Shown: positions 1-9,151 of the stretch, one piece after another
How positions within the stretch are numbered: the stretch's first letter is position 1
How the letters are laid out: the number at the start of each line of letters is the position of its first letter
NCBI GenBank assembly: GCA_965261085.1
Contig: OZ253442.1
Span: forward strand, 736,001 to 800,000
Reading direction: 5' to 3'
Source: a bacterium
GTDB taxonomy: Bacteria > UBA8248
DNA length: 64,000 bases
The notes under the pieces: generated by a model
The model's database searches: none
Told to the model about the DNA's origin: nothing
The model's input: only the letters and a program-made list of their open reading frames with translations
Program-made: the position numbers and the translations under genes

Positions 1-432
1 TTTAGCGGATGGATATACTCGATGTTCGGGGTCCCACCACAACAATCGCAAAATCCCCTTTTCTAAAATGCCGAATATGCGCTCGCGACTACTTACCGAC
101 AATGACACCAACTGGTCTACGTCCTGTTCGCCGATCTTCCTGAGAAGCTTTTGGTTTTCGCCGGGAAGATCGGCAACTTGAATTGTATGATTTCGTTTTT
201 TGTCTTTTACGAGTATCTCGTTCCAGGTCATTGTTTCAAAGTTCGCAAGCCTCTTTCTGATTCGCTCCAGCTTTTCATTGTCGAGGACATCCCAACCAAA
301 AGGCCCTTGGGTTTGAAGGAGGCGGATTTGCCAGGAGGGGTGTGTTTGCCCAAAATCTGGATTTTCAGCGGTCGTGGGTGTTTTTGATGAAGGTGGTTGC
401 TCCCGCCGGCGTACCTGTTTCGACTTGGCCAT
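1..432 (-). CDS. putative toxin partner of the Panacea antitoxin (RelE-like family), runs off the window start
   Basis: Not in the ORF track. Translated by hand from ATG 432: MAKSKQVRRREQ...KGILRLLWWDPEHRVYPSAK, open to position 1. Starts 16 nt after the Panacea stop; LWWDPEH-type tails are typical of Panacea-linked proteins. Confidence 0.7.
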   Translation of the reverse strand, partial: MAKSKQVRRREQPPSSKTPTTAENPDFGQTHPSWQIRLLQTQGPFGWDVLDNEKLERIRKRLANFETMTWNEILVKDKKRNHTIQVADLPGENQKLLRKIGEQDVDQLVSLSVSSRERIFGILEKGILRLLWWDPEHRVYPSAK

Positions 433-448
433 CTATAGAACGGTGCAA

Positions 449-877
449 TTAGATACTGTCGTAGTATTCAAAAATTGATTCGTGAGAAATCGGGTTCGTA
501 CTGCGTTTACCCGGGAGAATGCCTTTTCTGGCATCCTTCCATGGCGCTTCGAGGTGGGTCAAATCCTTGAGCCATTGAGACGATTTGTCGCCATAGTACT
601 CAAGAACTGCATCTATAGTTTCTTTTTCAACCTTCGTAAGATTGCCGATTTTCCCGCGCGGCCAACTGGAAACCTGAAACTTGCCCTTATGAAGGCGATA
701 CAATTCAGGCACTACGGGACCATTCGCCCAGGCTTCGATTCTCGCCTGGAACAAAGGAGCCTCATCCCACACCAATGACCATGCCTGGCAATAATAGACG
801 AGTTTTTGCAGCTTCCAGGTAGTTAGAAGCCCGCTTTTTTTCAGGATGTATTTACTTACATCGTGCACACTCGCCAT
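449..877 (-). CDS. Panacea/SocA (DUF4065) antitoxin
   Basis: KLQKLVYYCQAW, IEAWANGPVV and LTHLEAPW motifs. Confidence 0.9.
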   Translation of the reverse strand: MASVHDVSKYILKKSGLLTTWKLQKLVYYCQAWSLVWDEAPLFQARIEAWANGPVVPELYRLHKGKFQVSSWPRGKIGNLTKVEKETIDAVLEYYGDKSSQWLKDLTHLEAPWKDARKGILPGKRSTNPISHESIFEYYDSI

Positions 878-1520
878 TATTTCTCCCCTGTGGCGGTGAT
901 TCTAAATCTGCTCGAAATCTAGCTCGATTTATCTAGCAAAGCAACTCCGGTGTATTTTGGGGTTAAATTTATATGGAATGAACAATCCCGCAGAAAAACG
1001 CATAGACGGGCGCGAAGCTGTGGGGGATACTCCCCCCTAAAAAACCACCTTGCCTATCCTTGCGGGATGCCCCTGCGATATCCTCATGTTCTTCATCGTT
1101 CCGGCGCGCGCCCCTTGCCGGCATCGGGCCTCACCCCCCTCGCCCGGATGTTTAAGGATTTTCACCTGATTCAACCCGGAAAAAGAAGCCGCTCGTCGGG
1201 AATTCTTCCACCGGCCACCCCCTCGCGAGAGGATTGTTTTTGCTGGAAATAACGCTATATGGAGGATTCCGGAGAAGTGCTCCGTTTTTTTCTGTTTTGC
1301 ATTTTGTTACGAAAAGGTTACAATATGGACATATTGCAAAAGTATTTATATATACGCCAATAAAAATTTCGCCCTGTGGATGTTCGGTGTTTTCGTCAAG
1401 TAGGGAGGAATCTTTATTAGAGGAAGCTCAATGTTTGCGGCGCGGGATTTTGCTCCTGAGTCCCGCGTTCATGGTGTGCGGCATAATTGGGATGTTTCCT
1501 ATCAATAAGGAGGCGCTTGA

Positions 1521-3494
1521 ATGAATGCAAAGATTTACTGGCTATTCGCCTTCGTCGTGCTCTATTGGGCCTACTGCATTTTCTGGGGCCTCAAGTGCGC
1601 GAGGATGGCGAGAACGGCTGGTGACTACTTCATTGCGGGTCGCCAGCTATCTATGTGGGTGTTCGTCCTGGCGGCGACGGCGACGTCGTTTTCGGGGTGG
1701 ACGTTCATGGGACACCCGGGACTGGTCTATCGAGACGGGTTCCAGTACGCCTACGCTTCTTTCTACACCATCACCATCCCCTTTACCGGGGTGATGTTCC
1801 TGAAGCGCCAGTGGATGCTGGGCAAACGCTACGGATATGTCACGCCCGGTGAAATGTTCGCCGACTACTTCCAGGGAGACGCCATACGCATCCTCACGGT
1901 GCTCGTGGCCCTGTTGTTCTCGATTCCCTACCTCGGCGTGCAGTTGGGAGCCTCGGGCTTCTTGTTCAACGTGCTGACTGATGGTGCTTTCGGCATCAAC
2001 GTGGGCATGTGGATGCTCTCGGCCGTCGTGCTCATCTACGTCGCGGCAGGAGGTCTGCGCGCCGTGGCCTACGTGGATACGCTCCAGTGCATTCTCCTCG
2101 CGCTGGGCATCGTGATTACGGGCTTCATCGCGCTGAACATCGCCGGCGGATGGGGTGCGCTGAACGAGGGTCTCGCCAAATTGGCGGCCTCCCCGGTGGG
2201 TAAATGGGGGACGACGAAAGGATACGGCGGCGGCGATTACAACGCCTATTTCGCCATCCCCGGCGTCATCCAGTTCACGGCCGGCCTGGGCAAGCAAACC
2301 CCGGTGGGCGGTCTGTGGACGGGCGTCATGTGCCTGACCTACATGTTCGCGCTCATGGGGATTCAGTCTTCCCCGGCGTTCTCCATGTGGGCGTTCTCGA
2401 ACAACAACCCGCGCCCCTTCGCGCCCCAGCAGGTCTGGGCGTCTTCTGCGGGCATCGGGTTCATCCTGTTCTTCTTCACCGCGTTCCAGGGAATGGGGGC
2501 GCATCTTCTCGGTGCGAACCCGGCGGTGACCAAAGCGGGACTTGCGATATCGGACGTGCTCGCCGCGTCCATTGCGAAAAAGCCCGACTCGCTGGTGCCG
2601 TACTATTTCAACTACATTGCGACTGCGGCGCCCTGGCTGGTCGGTCTTCTCGCGGTCTGTGCGCTGGCCGCCATGCAGTCCACAGGTGCCGCGTACATGT
2701 CCACGGCGGGCGGTATGCTCACCCGCGATCTGTACAAGAGGTATCTGAACCCCGGCGCCTCGCATGAAACCCAGAAGATCGCGGGCCGGATCGGCGTTTT
2801 GATCATCGTGGTCTCAGCGCTCCTTGTGGCGACGTTCTCGCGAGACGCGCTTGTGTTGCTTGGAGGACTTGCCGTCGCCTTCGGCTTCCAGATGTGGCCG
2901 CCGTTGGTGGCGGTGTGCTGGTACCCGAAGATTACGAGACAAGGCGCGACCTGGGGACTGGCGGCCGGCCTGCTCGGCGTAATCTTCACCGAGAACTTCG
3001 GCCTCACCATTCTCAAGGGAATCGGCATCGACATCTGGGGGCGCTGGCCGTGGACGATTCACTCCGCCGGCTGGGGCATTCTCTTGAACGTGGCGGTGTG
3101 CTGGATCGTATCGGCGAATACGCAGGACGCGGCGTCGTCGGCCCACCGGCAAAAGTACCACGACTTCCTGGCCGAGCACGCTTCGCTCTCGCCGGAAAAA
3201 CAGGGTCTCGTCCCCGTGGCATGGGGCATTACGCTGGCCTGGATGTTCTTCGGCATCGGTCCGGGCGCCGTCATCGGCAACTGGATCTTCGGCGCTCCCG
3301 ACGCGGGGCGGGCAGGATGGACGTTCGGCATGCCCTCTATTTGGGCCTGGCAGATACTCTTCTGGGCCCTTGGCGTGGGTATGATGTGGATGCTCGCCTA
3401 CAAGATGGAAATGTCCACGGTGCCGGATACGGATATCGAGGCGCTCGTGGAGGACATCGGCGACGTGGTTCCGCAGCAGGCGGGATCGTCCTAG
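1521..3494 (+). CDS. sodium:solute symporter family protein
   Basis: 657 aa, many TM segments, DYFIAGR, ATSFSGWTFMG and GGLRAVAYVD motifs; AAGGAGG RBS upstream. Confidence 0.95.
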   Translation: MNAKIYWLFAFVVLYWAYCIFWGLKCARMARTAGDYFIAGRQLSMWVFVLAATATSFSGWTFMGHPGLVYRDGFQYAYASFYTITIPFTGVMFLKRQWMLGKRYGYVTPGEMFADYFQGDAIRILTVLVALLFSIPYLGVQLGASGFLFNVLTDGAFGINVGMWMLSAVVLIYVAAGGLRAVAYVDTLQCILLALGIVITGFIALNIAGGWGALNEGLAKLAASPVGKWGTTKGYGGGDYNAYFAIPGVIQFTAGLGKQTPVGGLWTGVMCLTYMFALMGIQSSPAFSMWAFSNNNPRPFAPQQVWASSAGIGFILFFFTAFQGMGAHLLGANPAVTKAGLAISDVLAASIAKKPDSLVPYYFNYIATAAPWLVGLLAVCALAAMQSTGAAYMSTAGGMLTRDLYKRYLNPGASHETQKIAGRIGVLIIVVSALLVATFSRDALVLLGGLAVAFGFQMWPPLVAVCWYPKITRQGATWGLAAGLLGVIFTENFGLTILKGIGIDIWGRWPWTIHSAGWGILLNVAVCWIVSANTQDAASSAHRQKYHDFLAEHASLSPEKQGLVPVAWGITLAWMFFGIGPGAVIGNWIFGAPDAGRAGWTFGMPSIWAWQILFWALGVGMMWMLAYKMEMSTVPDTDIEALVEDIGDVVPQQAGSS

Positions 3495-3523
3495 ACGAGA
3501 CCGTGATGTAAAGGTATCGCCAT

Positions 3524-3563
3524 GCGGGGGAGGGGCGCGAGTTCCTCCCCCGCGTTGTTTTTT
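3524..3563 (+). terminator. rho-independent terminator-like hairpin
   Basis: GCGGGGGAGG/CCTCCCCCGC 10-bp stem followed by a T-rich tract, downstream of the symporter. Confidence 0.65.
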
Positions 3564-3589
3564 CGCCGCCAAGATGGCTAAATGACGCC

Positions 3590-3829
3590 ATGACCGAGAT
3601 ATTCACCGCAAAATACACGCTGCTCTGGACGTTCGGGCTGGTCGCCGCGCTGTTCCTGCCCGTGCGCCGGCTCATCTGGGTGCTCTACATCAGGCGCGCG
3701 GAGAGAGACGGCGCGGAGAGCTCGGACGAAGAACGCCTGGCGCTCAAAAAGCGCGCCGGGATAACGACGCTGCTGCTCTGCTTCGTGTTCTCTTATTTTT
3801 ATACGATGCATCTTTTCCGGGGACCGTGA
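3590..3829 (+). CDS. small two-TM membrane protein
   Basis: 79 aa with two hydrophobic stretches; stop overlaps the start of the next gene. Confidence 0.75.
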   Translation: MTEIFTAKYTLLWTFGLVAALFLPVRRLIWVLYIRRAERDGAESSDEERLALKKRAGITTLLLCFVFSYFYTMHLFRGP

Positions 3830-4440
3830 TGGATCCGCGCGTACTCAAGCGTTTCATCAAGAACATGGCGATTCTCATCTTCGTCATGTTCTCCGCGTGG
3901 GCGCTGTGGGAGATGTATTCCGACGAGAAACCGGGGGATTACGACACCCGCCAGGGCGACATCCGGCTGAGCGAGAGGAACTTCGAGGAGGCGCTGGCGA
4001 GCTTCAACCGGGCGTTGCGCGATAGGCCCAACCACCGGGGCGCGCTGATGGGCCGCGCGCTGGTGTTCGTCCAGACGAAGCAATACGACAAGGCCTCGGC
4101 CGAACTCACCTACCTCATAGATTATCTCAAGAAAAACTTAGACCTCACCGACGCGACGGGCACCGCCACGATTGCGGCGGCCTACGCCAACCGGGGCATC
4201 GTCCACGACAGGAAGGGCCGCTACAAGGAGGCGCTCGCCGATTATATCGAAGCGCTCAAGACCGACCAGGGAGCGGTGGATGGACCGGGCATCATAGATA
4301 AAGTGGTCTACGGCACGTCGAACGCCTCCACGGTGCGCAAGCGCGCCATATACCTGAAAGAACAACTGGCGCTCCCGCCGGAAAAACGCCTGTTTCGCGT
4401 GCCGGAAATCGATGCGGAACAGCGCATGCACAAACCCTGA
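3826..4440 (+). CDS. membrane-anchored TPR protein
   Basis: N-terminal TM segment; TPR motifs FEEALASFNRAL and AYANRGIVHDRKGRYKEALADY. Confidence 0.88.
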   Translation: MMDPRVLKRFIKNMAILIFVMFSAWALWEMYSDEKPGDYDTRQGDIRLSERNFEEALASFNRALRDRPNHRGALMGRALVFVQTKQYDKASAELTYLIDYLKKNLDLTDATGTATIAAAYANRGIVHDRKGRYKEALADYIEALKTDQGAVDGPGIIDKVVYGTSNASTVRKRAIYLKEQLALPPEKRLFRVPEIDAEQRMHKP

Positions 4441-4483
4441 GCATCCGTATCGAAACGGCTCGGCGTATCAGTGGGCCTTTGCG

Positions 4484-4684
4484 TTAGAAACGGATGACGC
4501 CGAGCACGTCCTGGAACAGGACCAGAAAGAAGAACACCGCGGCGATACAGCCGAAGAGCAGGTGAATGTAATCCGACCCGCCGTCCGGATTGCGCGTGCG
4601 GATGGCCTTGATGGCGATGAAGCCCGTGGTGAACAGGAAGATGAAGTTTACGGCTTGTTGATACTCGCCTGTGAATTCGAACAT
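4484..4684 (-). CDS. small two-TM membrane protein
   Basis: 66 aa, hydrophobic; GAGG RBS upstream; follows 4715-5230 on the same strand. Confidence 0.7.
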   Translation of the reverse strand: MFEFTGEYQQAVNFIFLFTTGFIAIKAIRTRNPDGGSDYIHLLFGCIAAVFFFLVLFQDVLGVIRF

Positions 4685-4714
4685 GACGACCTCGTGTAGA
4701 AAGTTTGTTCCACG

Positions 4715-5230
4715 CTATCTGTTGTAACGCCCCGGCGCCAGGGACGTATCCTGGATTTTGCGCTCCTTCGCCATGGCCTTCATCTCTTTTTTCGTGAAAT
4801 AGGGCGGCAGAAAAGAGGTGCTCTCCCCTGCGACCAGATGGCTGAGCCAGAAAATGCCGGTCATCACCGACACCATGATGGCGGCGGTCACGATGAAGCG
4901 CTTGATGTCCCGGGGGAGCTTTTTGCCGTAATCCCTGTCGTACCTGTGATACGCGGGGTCGTTCTCGTTCAGTTCGCCTTGTTCGTCCAGGGCCAGTATT
5001 TGGTGCGCATGGCGGCGCGCCCAGAAGGGCACCTGATCGTAGAGCATATAGGCCATGAAGAGATGATTGATGAGTTCTTCGGACATCTCCTCGCCGTGCC
5101 ATTTGCTGTAGGCGAGCTGTAAGAACTGAAACTCCCCCACCTGCAGCAGGTTCGCCGCCTTGGCGACTTCCGCGCGCTGGGCGCTTTCCTCCCGATCCGG
5201 GCGGATGAGCGTCTGAAAGAAAGTCACCAT
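4715..5230 (-). CDS. conserved hypothetical membrane protein
   Basis: Start moved to MVTFFQ (AAGGAG RBS); GEFQFLQLAY and VPFWAR segments plus one C-terminal TM. Confidence 0.7.
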   Translation of the reverse strand: MVTFFQTLIRPDREESAQRAEVAKAANLLQVGEFQFLQLAYSKWHGEEMSEELINHLFMAYMLYDQVPFWARRHAHQILALDEQGELNENDPAYHRYDRDYGKKLPRDIKRFIVTAAIMVSVMTGIFWLSHLVAGESTSFLPPYFTKKEMKAMAKERKIQDTSLAPGRYNR

Positions 5231-5612
5231 AGCGACTCCTTCGCTGATGAAACGAGCACTCCCGGCGGCTTTTGCGTCGAAACATGAAGGCCGAAAACCA
5301 TGCTTCAGCCTAAACCCATTGCCGCGCCGCGTCAATTTTCCCCTTCGAGCGGAAATTTCCGTACCGATGAAAGGGTACGGGAGTGGTGGAGTCGCTCGCG
5401 TGACCCCTCTTGAAGGAGAGATGCTTGTGCGGACTCCCGGCGGAAAGGATGCAATTATCTTGCGTAATTTTCATTTTGAGGCTTCGGAACACCTTGTGCT
5501 ACAGTGCTCCCATCACAACCATGTGTAATTTGATTTTTCGGGTTTTATTTTCATTCCGGGCGCCTCTGTTTCGAGCGAGGTTTTTCCGGCATTTTCCCGA
5601 GGAGGTAAGTTG

Positions 5613-6581
5613 ATGAAACGGTCATGTTTGAGCATCGCCGTCGCGGTTTCGGCCGTATTCGTTTTCGCCGCCGCCGCGTCCGCGCAGTCGGTCACCATTC
5701 TGGGCGGCGGCCTCAAGGGCCAGCCCTATCAGTTCGCCGTGGGGCTGAGCAAAATCCTCAAATCCAAAGCGGGCATCAGCGCCACGCCGCAATCGGCCAA
5801 GGGCATGGTGGCGCAGGCGCGCATTATCGCCAAAGGCCAGGCGCAGTTCGCGTGGGGCCTCGGCGGCCCGGTGGGCGCATGGGCCTACAAGGGAGAGAGG
5901 CGCTTCAAGAAAGAAGGACCCAAGAAGAACCTGCGCGCCGTTCTGGGGTATCCCTTCGGGCAGTTCCAGTGGCTGACCCTGGCGGATTCAGGCGTCATGA
6001 GCGTCAAGGACTTCAAGGGCAAGAAGGTATCGGTGGGCTCGGCCGCCAGCACCACCCAGACGTATGCACGCTACTTCATCCCCGCGCATGGCTTGAAGAA
6101 AGGCCAGTACAAAGAGAGCACGCCCGGTTTCCGGGGCGGATTCGGCCAGTTGAGAAACGGCAACGTCGCCGCCCACCTCACGATGGGCATGGCGCCGATG
6201 GGCCTGGTGCAGGAATTGGCCGTGCTCAAGAAAATCCGCCTGGTGGACATGGACGAGGCGGCCGTGAAGCACGTGGTGGCCACCTACGGCCCCGGCCTCA
6301 CGGCGACCACCATCGCGCCGGGCATGTACGGGAAAAACCAGGTGAACAAAAAGCCGGTGCGCACCATCTTCATCAACTTCGGCTTTTCCACCAGCACCCA
6401 CGTGAGCGCCGACACCGTCTACAAGGTCACGAAAACCCTGTTCTCCAATCTGAAGGAATTCTACGGCACGTCCAAGGCGGCGAAAAACGTCACGCTTGCG
6501 GGCGCCTGCCAGGGGCTTTCCTTCCCGCTGCACGACGGCGCCAAGCGCTACTACAAAGAAGTGGGCGCCAAGGGCTGCTAG
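5613..6581 (+). CDS. TAXI family TRAP solute-binding protein
   Basis: Signal peptide; KGKKVSVG and FPLHDGAKRYYKE TAXI motifs; GGAGG RBS. Confidence 0.92.
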   Translation: MKRSCLSIAVAVSAVFVFAAAASAQSVTILGGGLKGQPYQFAVGLSKILKSKAGISATPQSAKGMVAQARIIAKGQAQFAWGLGGPVGAWAYKGERRFKKEGPKKNLRAVLGYPFGQFQWLTLADSGVMSVKDFKGKKVSVGSAASTTQTYARYFIPAHGLKKGQYKESTPGFRGGFGQLRNGNVAAHLTMGMAPMGLVQELAVLKKIRLVDMDEAAVKHVVATYGPGLTATTIAPGMYGKNQVNKKPVRTIFINFGFSTSTHVSADTVYKVTKTLFSNLKEFYGTSKAAKNVTLAGACQGLSFPLHDGAKRYYKEVGAKGC

Positions 6582-6612
6582 GGCGTTCTGCGCGTTCTGA
6601 AAATCAGGAAAT

Positions 6613-6650
6613 CTCCCCTCGCGGGATCGAAAAATCCGCGAGGGGGGAGG
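6613..6650. repeat. intergenic palindromic hairpin inside the TRAP operon
   Basis: CTCCCCTCGCGG...CCGCGAGGGGGGAG. Confidence 0.55.
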
Positions 6651-6684
6651 ATTCTTCGCCTCATTTCCGAGGGTATGAAGCGCA

Positions 6685-9093
6685 TTGAACGCCTACCGCA
6701 GGATTTGTGCCAAAATCATCTTGGCGCTCGCGCTGGGGTTTTCCCTGTTCGAACTCTACACCGTGGGTTTCGGGATTCTCTCCCCGTTCGCGCAGCGCGC
6801 GACCATGCTCACCTTTGCGAGCGTGCTGGTCTTCTTGACGAAACCGATGCTGGATTGGGACAAGCGCGAGGACGTGGCCCCGCCCGCCCGCGCGTTCGCT
6901 ATCGGGTGGGACGCGCTCCTCATCGGCCTTGCCCTGTATTCCTGCATCTACCTCGTCACAGAAGAAGAGGCGCTGGCGGACAGGAGCGGGGCTGAAACCA
7001 CGCTCGACCTCATCGTCGCAGGGCTCGGTCCCGTCATGCTGCTCGAGATGGTGCGCCGCGCGGCGGGCATCCCCCTGTTCCTAGTGACGCTGTGCATCGT
7101 GGTCTACTCCTACCTGGGCGACGTGACGCTCATCTTTTACTCGGGCGTCGTCATATTCTTAGGGTTAAAGCGATTCGCGGATATTAAAATCGCCTGGGGC
7201 TTCGTTATCCTCGCCGTCTTATTTTTGCTCCTGCCCGGACGCGGTTTTCTCGATCCCGCCATCTATACTTTCAAGGGCGAGGAGCACAGCCGGCTGGCCG
7301 CCTACCTGTGGCTCACCTCGGAGGGCACGTTCGGCACCATCTCGGCCATCATGAGCGAGTTCATCTTCATCTTTATTTTGTTCTCAGCCCTCCTGGAAGC
7401 GACGGGTACCGGGCAGATACTCATCAACCTGGCCTTCGCGCTCACGGGCCGTTTCCGCGGAGGACCCGCACAGGCGGCCGTCGTCGCCAGTTCGATGTTC
7501 GGCATGGTCTCGGGCTCCACGATGGCCAACGTGGTGAGTACGGGCACGTTCACGATACCACTGATGATCCGCACCGGGTTCTCGCGCCTGTTCGCGGGCG
7601 CGGTGGAGGCGGTGGCCTCCTGCGGCGGGCAAATCGTGCCGCCCATCATGGGCGCGAGCGTCTTCATCATGTCCGAGATCATCGAGGTGCCTTACGTCTA
7701 CTTGATGCTCTACGGGTTGATTCCCGCTTTTCTCTATTACTTCAGTCTTTCCACGTCGATTTATTTCGAAGCGCGCAGGCTCGGCTTGGAGAGAATGGAC
7801 GCTTCTCAGATACCCGACGCCCGGGAGCAGGTGCAGCAGGGGGGCTACCTTCTGATCCCCGTGCTGATCCTGCTGGCCAGCATCGTGAGCGGCGAGACGC
7901 CGGGCCTGGCGGGATACAAGGCGGTGGTCTCCCTCCTGGTCATGGTGGACATGGTGCGCTCGCTCAGGCTCATCCGGGCGAGGTGGGGGAATCGGTGCGT
8001 CTATCTGGCGGGCGCTCTGATTCTGGCGGCCATCTTCTTCGCTTTCGGGCCGATAAGCGCACCCGGTGTCATTTCTCAGAACGTCGCCCTTCCCATGTGG
8101 GGAGAGGTTCCGCTGCACAGGCTGGCCCTGGTGTTGCTCGGGGTCTGCTTCGCGCTGGTTCCGGGGTGGAGGGGTCTGCCGATTATATTCCCCATCGCGC
8201 TGGGTCTGGCGCGCTGGAAGATACCCACCGAACTCTCGTGGATGGGGCAGATTCCCTTCATCGGGCTTTTGCTGCCCATCGCGTTGTTTTGTATGGCGGT
8301 TTATCTGATCGCGCTGCCCGTGTTCCGTGCGGGGGAGACGCCCGACGCGAAAAAAAGCGCTGGCGACTTGGGCCGCGCCGTACTCGATAGCCTGGAGAAG
8401 GGAGCCAAAAACTCCCTGGGATTGGTCGCGGCCACGTCCGCCATCGGACTCATCGTCGGCCTTTTGGTGCTCGCCGCGGTCGGTGTGCGTATATCGATTC
8501 TGGTCACGGAGATGGCGGCGACGTCTTTGTTCCTCGCGTTTTTCCTGGTGATGATCGCCTCGCTCGTGATGGGCATGGGGCTGCCGACCATCGCCGCCTA
8601 TTTATTGTTGGTGATTGTGGTGGCGCCCTCGGTCACCAGTCTGGGCGCGCCGCTGGTGGCCGCGCACTTTTTTATCTTCTATTTCGGGGTCATCAGTTCC
8701 ATCACGCCGCCGGTGGCGCTGGCCGCCTATGGCGCGTCCGGCATATCGGGCGCGAACCCGATGCAGACGGGATTCACCGCCTGCAGGCTGGCCATCACCG
8801 CCTTCATCGTGCCCTACCTGTTCGTGTACTACCCCGAACTCCTGTTGCTTCAAGGGACGTTCTGGACGGTGGCCTACCGCCTGGCCGTCAGTTGCGCAGG
8901 CATTGCGCTTCTCTCGATGGCGACGATGGGATTCGGCAGAGCGCCCATGAACGCCGCCATGCGAACCGTGATGACAGGCGCATCCCTGCTCCTGTTCCTG
9001 GGGCCGGCATGGCTGCACGTTCTGGGACTGGCCGCAGGGGGTGTGGTCTTGTTCCGGCAAAAGGTGGATACGAGCGCGGCGAGCAATTCTTGA
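6685..9093 (+). CDS. TRAP transporter fused permease (4TM/12TM, DctM-like)
   Basis: GRFRGGPA, SGSTMANVVSTG, GGQIVPPIMG, GMGLPTIAAY and ITPPVALAAY motifs. Confidence 0.93.
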   Translation: MNAYRRICAKIILALALGFSLFELYTVGFGILSPFAQRATMLTFASVLVFLTKPMLDWDKREDVAPPARAFAIGWDALLIGLALYSCIYLVTEEEALADRSGAETTLDLIVAGLGPVMLLEMVRRAAGIPLFLVTLCIVVYSYLGDVTLIFYSGVVIFLGLKRFADIKIAWGFVILAVLFLLLPGRGFLDPAIYTFKGEEHSRLAAYLWLTSEGTFGTISAIMSEFIFIFILFSALLEATGTGQILINLAFALTGRFRGGPAQAAVVASSMFGMVSGSTMANVVSTGTFTIPLMIRTGFSRLFAGAVEAVASCGGQIVPPIMGASVFIMSEIIEVPYVYLMLYGLIPAFLYYFSLSTSIYFEARRLGLERMDASQIPDAREQVQQGGYLLIPVLILLASIVSGETPGLAGYKAVVSLLVMVDMVRSLRLIRARWGNRCVYLAGALILAAIFFAFGPISAPGVISQNVALPMWGEVPLHRLALVLLGVCFALVPGWRGLPIIFPIALGLARWKIPTELSWMGQIPFIGLLLPIALFCMAVYLIALPVFRAGETPDAKKSAGDLGRAVLDSLEKGAKNSLGLVAATSAIGLIVGLLVLAAVGVRISILVTEMAATSLFLAFFLVMIASLVMGMGLPTIAAYLLLVIVVAPSVTSLGAPLVAAHFFIFYFGVISSITPPVALAAYGASGISGANPMQTGFTACRLAITAFIVPYLFVYYPELLLLQGTFWTVAYRLAVSCAGIALLSMATMGFGRAPMNAAMRTVMTGASLLLFLGPAWLHVLGLAAGGVVLFRQKVDTSAASNS

Positions 9094-9151
9094 GTGAATA
9101 AACAGGCTTTGCGCGCCCCGCATCGGGGTAGATGTCGCGACGGAGAACGCG

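Noticed and set aside
950-1524. Short ORFs upstream of the symporter
   Set aside because: Intergenic promoter and repeat-like DNA with no protein motifs.
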